NCBI GenBank assembly: GCA_013822735.1
Contig: PNKZ01000013.1
Coordinates: 80,076 to 144,075, forward strand
Source of the DNA: Pirellula sp.
GTDB taxonomy: Bacteria; Planctomycetota; Planctomycetia; Pirellulales; PNKZ01
DNA: 64,000 bases
Direction: 5' to 3'
Shown here: positions 8,801-17,800 of the stretch, in pieces
Layout of the letters: each line of letters begins with the position of its first letter
Numbering within the stretch: position 1 is the stretch's first letter
The notes under the pieces: generated by a model
Told to the model about the DNA's origin: nothing
Databases searched by the model: none
Seen by the model: the letters and a program-made list of their open reading frames with translations, nothing else
Position numbers and translations under genes: made by a program

Positions 8801-11800
8801 ATTTCCAGAATGCCTTCGTTAATGGTCGTCTTTCTTGCGCCGCCGCCTGCGGTGTTGACGGCCGTGAGAATGAGCGTGCCGCGGCCCGACTTGGTGATGT
8901 CGGCATTGGAAGTGAGGGGCGAGCTAATCGTCGCCGTGAGCGAAGCGCTTCCTGCGGCCGACGACGGGTTCACGACGAACACGACGTACTCGTTGGTCGA
9001 ACCGACGGAGATGCCGTCGTCGAACCCGCCGAGGTTGATGCCGTTTGCCGAAGCCGCCGCGGCGCCCGAATTCAGCGTGAACAGGAACGTGCCGCTGGTG
9101 TTGACGAGCGATTGGCCGGCACCCGTGCCCATGAGGCTTACCGTCGAGGCGGTCGTATTGTTGTTGTGGATGACCAGAGCATTCAGCGTGCGCCCCGCCG
9201 CCGCAAGGTTGTCGGCCGTGAGATTTTCGCGGACGTTGGCACTGTTTCCGCCGGCGCTAAAAGGGGCGTAGTCCGTCGTTAAATCAAGGGCTACGAAACC
9301 TTGAGCCGCAACGTAAGTGATGAGGCTGTTTCCCATGTTCGTATCGGCAAGCGCAGCGGAGATCGATTCACCGATTCCCCACGGCACGATACTGCGCGTG
9401 GTCGTGCCTGCACCTCCGCCGCCGCCGATGAGTGAGCCGATAAACGCCGTTTCGTTGGCGGCTGGGCCGATTTTGAACTGATTGCGATCGCTTGCGGTGC
9501 CTCCCATGTTGCGACCGCGCGCATCGACCGTCGCATTGTTGGCTCGCACGAAATTGTCGGCGATGATATGCGCGATGCCGGTCGACCCGCTTGCCTCTCC
9601 GCTTAAGTAATTGGCGCCCGAGTTGAAATTCAATGCGCCGATCGTTTCATTGGTCGTGGCGTTAACATCGGTACGAATCGACAATCCCCGGACGATCGTT
9701 TGGCCGGAGAACGTGCCGTCGGCGGAGTTGAGCGTGATGGGCGTCGTATCGAGCACGCGCGAGCCGCTGCGGGTGCTCCCGGTGTTGTCGAGTAGGAATG
9801 TGCCTCCCTTATTGATGGTGATGGACGAAGCGGCGGACGCTCCGATTCCGGAGAAGTAGAAAAGGCCGCCGTTGATCGTGATGGTGCCGGTGAATCCGGA
9901 GCTGTTGTTGTTGAGTAGCTCATTTCCCGACCCAAGTTTCACGATATCGCCGCTTCCGACGATAAGCCCGGAGTAGGTCGCCGAGCTGGTCGAGTTTTGA
10001 TTGATGGTAAGCGTGTGCGCGCCGATGTCGACGACGGCGAGTAGATTGAGTCCCGTAGTGGCGCTGCCGCCGGCGAGGCGTCCGATCGTTTCGTCCGCCA
10101 GAAGTTGCAATGTGGAGAAGTGGTCGTTGCCGAGCGTGACGAGCGACGTATCGCCGATGGCGTTGCCCCCCGTAACTTGAACCGTTCCTTCTTGGATTTC
10201 GGTCTCGTCGGTGTAAACGTTGTTGCCGCTCAGCAGCAGCGTGCCGACTCCGGATTTCGTGAGGGAGTGATTGATGCGAATGTCGGCCGAGATCTCGAAG
10301 ACGCTTGCATTGTCCTGAGTGACGATGATTTCCGCGGCGCCCGAGGCCAGCGTGCCGTTGAGAATGCCGGCCGATCCGGTGACGTTGCTCGTGACGAGGA
10401 TTCCTCCCGTGGCGACGTACAATGCTCCGCCGGCCGACATCGCGAGGTCGGACCCCGCGGCGGCGTCGAATCGCAAGCTATTGATTCCGGATCCCGTGAG
10501 CGTTCCGGAGAACCCGGCCGAGCCGTCGGTCACGTGGTCGCCGGATTGCCACGTCGCGACGTCGTTCTTGAGCGTGGAAATCAGGGCCACGATGTTCCCG
10601 CCGGCCGTGTTCGTAGCGTTTGTGGCGAACCAGGTGCCGGTGCCGTCGTCTACGGTTGCAAAACCACTCGTCCCTAAAAGCCCGTTGGTGTTAAGCGTGT
10701 TGGTAATGATGCCGTTCGTGGCGGTCTGCGTTCCGGCGGGGAGAACGAAACGGATGGTGCCGTCTTGCGAACCGTTGGCGCGCGTGACGGCCTTGATGTC
10801 GAGCAGCGCGTCTTGACCGACTCCGGCGTTGACCACGATGCGGTTGGAACCGCCGCTGGAGAGTGTAAGGCTCGCGACCGCTTGCGCCGTGGCCGCGGAA
10901 GCGTTGCCGTTGAGCACAAGCGTGCCTCCTTGCATGTCGAGCCCGGCCACGGAGCTAATCTTGTTGTGGTTGTCGCTCGTGAAATCCAGGATGAGTCGAC
11001 CGGAGTCAATGCGTGTGGCCGCAACGGTTCCGGTGAGGCCGCTGTTGTCGCCGGAAAGCGTTACGTCGTCCAGGCCCTGCTTGAGTAACGAGGCCACGCC
11101 GGCGAGATTCGCCGAGATCGCTCCGCGGTACGTGCGGATGCCGCTACCGTAATCAGTCGCGGTGCTCGTGACGGTAATGGTCCCGGAGCCGATAGCTTGG
11201 CCTTCCAGGCCGTCGGCAATCGCTCCGATGAGCAGGCCGGGCGTGGTGATATTAAAGCTATTTGTGTTGAGCACGCCGGCGGCGCCTACCGTGGCGTCGC
11301 CGAGGTTGATGAAGTCGAGGCCGCCGCTGTTGCCGACGCCGTAAACGTCGTTTGCGTTGAGGTTGATGATCGCGCCCGCACGAGCGTAGAGTCCGGTGCT
11401 TGCTCCGGCCGGATTCTTCGCGGAGAGGACGCCGGTCGAGTTCAGATTTAATACGGTCGGTAAAGCGCCTCCCGTTGCGACGACGTCGTCGTTAACGCTG
11501 AAAACCATGTCTTCTAGATTCAAGGTGCCGCCGTTGAGGAGAAGGTCGTCGGCGATCGTGACGTTACCGTCGCGGATCGTCCAGGTGCCGTTGGTCACGA
11601 CGAGATCTGCCGTGGCTCCTCCCGCAGGCTGTGTAATGCCGCCGGTGATTCGCCCGGCACCAGTGCCGTTGAGCGTCAACGAATTGTCGGCCGCCTGCGT
11701 GACGGCTCCTGCGTATGTAATGACGGCGCCGGCGCTGCCGTTTGCGAACAGCGTGGCGCTGCCGGTGGTGGTGATGGTGCGATCCGTCGATTGGCTGTCT

Positions 11801-14800
11801 GCGCCGACAAAAGTGAGCGTGGCCGCCGCGAGAGTGATGGCCGAACCGCGACCGAGGCTGCTGGCCGGACCGCCGATATTGGAGACGGTGGTAAATTCGA
11901 GTCCCCCTTCGGCGACGGTGATGTCGCCGGTGAATGTGCTCGCGCCGCTGAGTCGAATAGTGCGGCTGGTTACGGCCCAGCCCCCGAGTTCGTCGTTGAT
12001 GGTGAGGTTGCGCGAGCCCCCCGTTTCAGAAATGACGGCGGAAATATCGAGGAATCGGGCGGCGGTGCCTTGGTAGCTGATGCTGGCATTGTTGCCGAGC
12101 ACGATGGAATTGGTGACGTGGAAGACGCTGAAGTTATCCGTAGCTTGGCTGAATCGCAGCGCGTTGTTGGCGTTGGCCGTACTGCCTAGCGTAATGATGC
12201 CGTTGAGGTTGACCGACATGTCGGAAGTGGGCGTGCCGGACGCGTCGGCCGAGAGTTCGAGGATGCCGCCGACGGCGTCGACGGTAATGTTTTGCGCGAG
12301 GTCGAACGACGTACCGCCCGCGGTGAGGAACTGGATTCGTCCGAGCGTCGCCGTGATATTGCCGGTGCCGAGGGCGTTGACGTTCGATGCGGCGACGGTG
12401 CCGCGCAGCAGGTCGAGGCCGCCGGACCAGCCGCTGTTGTCGTTGCTGAGCGTGAGCGAGCCGGTGAGTTGGTTGCCGCCCGACAGGGTGTTGACGCTAT
12501 CGACGGTGAGCTTGCCGGTGCCGCTCAAGACGCCGGTAAGATTGATGCTCCTTGCCGCCGTGCTGACGACGGCGGAGTTGTTATTTCGCATGTTGACCGT
12601 CGACGGCGCGGTGATGTTGACCGTGCCGGAATAGGTTTGCGTGGCGGAGCCTGCCGAGAGCGCGCCGCCGCCGAGAGTCAGCGGATTGGCGACGTTGCCG
12701 GAGGTGGCGTTGTTGTAGTAAAAGCCTCCGCCGTTGACGACGACGCGCGCCAGGTTGTCGGCCGCCGTCGTGCCGAGCGCCCCGACATTGCGCAACTCCA
12801 GCGCGCCGCCGATAATTGTGAAATCGGCGGTAAGGCCCGGGTTGAAGAGCAAGGGGTCCGCCACAGCGCTCAGAACGACGGTGCCTGCGCCGGAAACAGT
12901 GACGTCTTGTTCGCCTTGCAACGCGCCGGAGAACGTGAGCACGGACGCGGAATCGGCAACGCTCCAGGTTTGATTCGCTCCCAGGCTAAAGGGCGACGAA
13001 ATGGTGACGGCCGCGGGGCCGCCCGTCGTGATTTTGACGCCGTCCGTGGGAGTTTGCGGACTCACTTGGAGGCGGAAAGCGGGATTAACGCCGGCCGCGA
13101 TGGTGACCGCCGTGGGAGTGTTTGCGGGAGTCGTGGCGGCTTCAAACGTGAGCGAGTTGATCGTGAAGTTCTGTTCGAGCGTGGTGCTGACGGCCGCGTT
13201 CGTGGGTGCATTCCACTGGAAGACCACGTCGCTGCCGCTGCCGGGAAGGCTGCTTGAGGGATTTGTTCCGGCCTTGTCGAGCGACCAATTGTTCGCGGCG
13301 CCGTTCCACGCGGTGTTGGTGAGGCCGCGCCAATAGAGGCTGCCGGTGAGCAATCCGCCGACTTGCAACTGCACAAGATTGTCGGTCGTAATCCAGGCGT
13401 AGCTCGCGAAACCGCCGGGGGTGAGCCCTTGAAGGAGGTTGCTGAAGCCGTAGGCGCCGAGTCCCCCGTTCACGACGTTGAGCAATGTGTAGGTCTGGTT
13501 CGGACGCATGCCGGCATCCGTGAGGTTAAACGTGATGGTGCCTCCGAGGTTCAACGTGCCGCCGTTGAGAAGGCGGATTAGGTCGGTGTTGAGGTTGTCG
13601 CCTGCCGTGGCCAAATCGCCGACGTTGAGATTAAGCGTTGCCGTGCCGGTGCCGGTGTTGCCCAAGCTCAGCGAGGTGAGATTCAAGAGCTGCGTACCGC
13701 TCAAATCGAGGTCGAGCGTGAGCGATGATCCGGCCCCCACTTCAAGACTCGTGACGCCCGTCGAAGCGCTGAAGCCGTTATTGAACTCAAGCGTCGAGCC
13801 TCCGGTGACCGAAACGGCCGTGGTGGCGGACACATCACCGGCGAAGACCAAGCTGCCTCCGGTGACGTTCGTCGCTCCGCGATGGGCGTACGTGCCGCCG
13901 GTAAACAGGGCCGACGCGGTGCCGATTTTCGTGAGCGATAAGGCCCCGGTGCCCGTATTGATGACGCTTCCCGCAAAGGATACGGCCTGATCTCCCTTGC
14001 CGAAGCTGAGCGTGCCGGCCGTGGCAGCGGAGTTGTTGATGAACGACGAACCGGCGCTGGATACCGCGAGGCCGCGAATGGTGTCGGAGAAGCCGTTGAC
14101 GTCCAGCGTCGAACTGAGCGTCGCGGCCGGGTTGATGACGAGGTTCGTTTGCAGACTGAAATTCAGCACATTGTCGGCGCCGATTTTGAACGTACCGTTG
14201 GCAATGGTGATCACGCCGTTGTTAAACGTCGACGCAGTGCCTCCCAGCGTGAACGAACCCGAGCCGTTTTTGGTGAGGTTGATATTGAAGCCGGTCGTCG
14301 TGGTGATGTTGCCCGTTACGATGGTGTCGCCGGAGCCGTCGATGCTCCAAGTTCGGGCGGCCGTCAGGGATTCGGCCGTGACGTTGCCAAAGGTGACGGA
14401 CTTGCCCGGCGCGATGTTGTTGTTCAGGCCGACATTGTTTGCCGCCGCGAGGAGTTGAAGAGTGCTGGTAAACGTTAGGCTGTACTCGCCCATGAAGCCC
14501 GCAGTGGCGTTATTCACTATGCGTACGGGATTGGCCACGGTGCGATCGGCGCCGAAGGCGAAGGTGGTGCCGTTGCTCAGATCGAGATTGCCGCCGACGC
14601 CGACGGCCGTATCGTTGCCGATTCCGAGTGCGCCGCCGCTGACGGTCGTGGTGCCGGAATAATCGTTTGCGCCGGTGAGAATCCAAGTTGCCGAACTGTC
14701 GATCGTGATGCCTAGCGCACCGCCGTTGTCGGACAAGGTGCTCGTGATCATGTTGCCGCCGGCGTTGGTGCCGCGGAGGAAGAGGGTCTTCGCGCCGGCG

Positions 14801-17800
14801 ACCATGTCGTTGGCGACATTGGTCAGCACGATCGCCCCGGCGCCATCCGCATGGATCTGCGAGTTGCCGGTGGTGGAGTTGAGTCGAATCTTGCGATCGC
14901 TCGTTTCGCCGGCTCCCATGTATTGCAGAATGCCGCCCCCGGTGCCGCCGTTGCCGAGCGTGACGGCGTTGGAGTCGAGATTCGCGCCGGTCTCCGTGCC
15001 GACGCTCGACGTTCCGGAGCCGGCGCTATTGCCGAGCGAAGCGACAATGAGCGTCCCCTGGTAAACGTTGGTTTCGCCGCTGTAGGTATTGGCGCCCGAC
15101 AGGCGAAGGAAGCCGGCGCCGAGCTTGCGAATTCCCGAGCCCGCGGTGCCGGAAATGACGCCGCTGATCGTGGCGAAGTCGGATCCTGCGTTCGTATTGT
15201 CGTCGACGCGGATCGGTCGCAGCGCATACGCGGCGGCCGTGGCGACGATTCCTGAACCCGTAGCGGTAGCGTTGGCGCTGATGGTGATCTGCGTGGCGCT
15301 ATTGATGCTGATGATATACGCTCCGGACGGAATATTCGTGCCGATCAGAGTCTGACCGACGGCGAGGTTCGCGGTGGAATCGACGGTGACCGTACTGCTG
15401 CCGTTGGCGGTGGTGATGGTCGGGGACGATGCCGCAAGGGCGGCCGTGCCGAGCGAGAAATTGCCGGCGATGTCGACTTCCGAAAGGGCGATCGATGCCG
15501 TGGCGCCCTGCGCGCGGGCCTGAGAGCTTTGCAGAATGAGGCCGTCGCGCGTGTTGAGGAAACCTGCCGTGCTTCCCCACACGGGCACGCCGCTCCAGGT
15601 AACAGTGAGCTTGGAATCGCCCCCCGCGAATCCGCCGGAGAACTGCGCCGTGTTGGCGGCCGGAGTTGCGAACTGCATTTCGCCGCCGGCAGTGCCGATG
15701 TTGCGCGTGAGCAATCCTTGGCTTTGGAGGATACCGCCGTCGAAAACAAGATTTGAGTTGAGCGACAGGCCTTTGCCGTTCTCGGCGATGAGGATGCCCT
15801 GGGTGATGGTCGTGGCGCCGCTGTAGGTGTTGCCGGTGAGACCGCCGCCGAGTTCCCAGATGCCGGTGCCGGTCTTCGTGACGCTCGTGATGTTCAGGCC
15901 GGTGCCGCTATCGGTGAGCCGCGGATTGAACGTATTGTCTCCTTGCGACGTACCGGTAAGCGTCAGTAATTGCGGCCCGACGATACCGAAGGCGACGTCG
16001 CCGGTGTTGCTCCAGATGATCGCGTTATTCGTGTTCGTCGCGGGAGCGCTCGAAAGCGTGGCGCCGGTTCCGGAAAGGGTAAACAATCGATTGGTGCTCA
16101 TGGAGACGCTTCCCAGGATGAGTTCGCCGTCGCGCACGTTGCCGGCGAACACCAAGCCCCCGGTCGAACCGTTGAAGATCAAGCTGCCTGCGTTATTGGC
16201 GATGTCTCCACGGCCGATGCCGCTTACTTCGCCGATGTCCGCCAACGTTTCGACGGTGACAAGTCCCGTCGAACCGATCGTCGTCGAGCCGGTGTAGTTG
16301 CTCAGGCCGAGCCAGCTTTGTGCGCCGCTTCCGGTTTTTACGATCGAGATTCTTCCCGCGACCTCGTTGAACGAGCCGAACGATGTTCCGGTTCCGTTGC
16401 TGCCGCCGACATTGAAGACGACCGCGGTCGCACTGGTGTTGGTGAGTGTGCCGTTGTTGTTCCACGAGTTCGTGCTTCCGCTCGGGGTAACTCCGTTGAG
16501 ATCGATCGTCGCCCCCTGACGCATCGTTACGGAAACGTTGTTGGCGGCGATTCGGCCGACGCCGGAGAGCTTGACCGTTCCTTCATTGATGGAAATGGTG
16601 CCGGTTAGCGCGTTTGCAGCCGACAACAGGAGCGTACCGGCTCCCGACTTCGTAAATCCGCCGGTCGTCGTGCTGGTGATGGGCGCCGAAAGTTCGAGCG
16701 TATCGGAAGCGCCATCGACGCGAATCATCAAGGTGCCTGAGCCGCCGGTGCTAATGCCTGTTCCGGCAATGACCGCCGAACCGCCGGTTTGCAGGATGCC
16801 GCCGGAGGCGTTCGTCGTGCCCGCAGTGCGTACGGTTAACAATCCGGTGAGCGTCAGCGTCGGGCCGCCGCTGATTTTCAAAGAGTCGATCGTCACGGCG
16901 CCGTTGGTGAGACTGGCCGTGATTTGGTTGCTCATACCGGTCGTGAGCGACGACGCGGCGTTTACGAAGTCGATGTCGGAACCGCCGCTTCCTGCGCCGT
17001 CGCCGTAGACGGGTGCCCGAATCGCTATGCCTGCTCCGCTGACAAAGGCGAAGTCGACTGAAGCCGGGGTGCTGTAGTACGCGCCGCCGTGCAGGATGTT
17101 ATTTGTGATGCCGGTAGCGGCGAAGGCAATGGTATCGGCCGACGTAGGAGCGAAGAAGTTGACGCTTCCCCCGGCAGCTCCCGTCGCGGGAATCGAAATG
17201 CTCGCGAACGACAGCGATGCGGTCCCTCCGACGCCGGGCGTCAACTTGATCGTATTCGCTCCATTGGTGACGGTTAGAGCACCGAGAGTTTGCAAATTGT
17301 TCGTCGCCGCTTGTCCCACAAATTCGAGCGTGCTTCCGGCGAAGGCGTTGCTTGCGTCAAAGGTAACGGGGGTGGAGTTGAGCAGAATGGTCGAAGTAGC
17401 CGCGTTGGCTTTCAGTTTCAACGTGCCGTCGTTGAGCGTTACCGCGCCGCTGAATGTGTTGGCTCCGGCAAGAACCCAAGTTCCGCCGCCGATCTTGCGG
17501 AGTGCCACGGAGCCTCCGGCGTCGTTGTTGGGGATGACGCCGTTGACCAAGTTGTCTGCGGTGTTGGTACCGCCGAGGACTAACGTCTTCGCGTTGGCAG
17601 CGGTCCCGCCGGTGGCGCCGAAATCGGCGTTGAGCACCACGGGCGTGCTGCCGGATTGATTGGCGTAGATCGTCGCCGATCCGGTTGTTCCGGCCATGTT
17701 AATGGTCTTGCTCGTCGTAAGACCGCCGGCCGCAGGAGCAAAGCCGTCGACGCCGATGATCAGCGCCGCGCCGGTTGTGCCCGTGCCGATATTGATCGTT

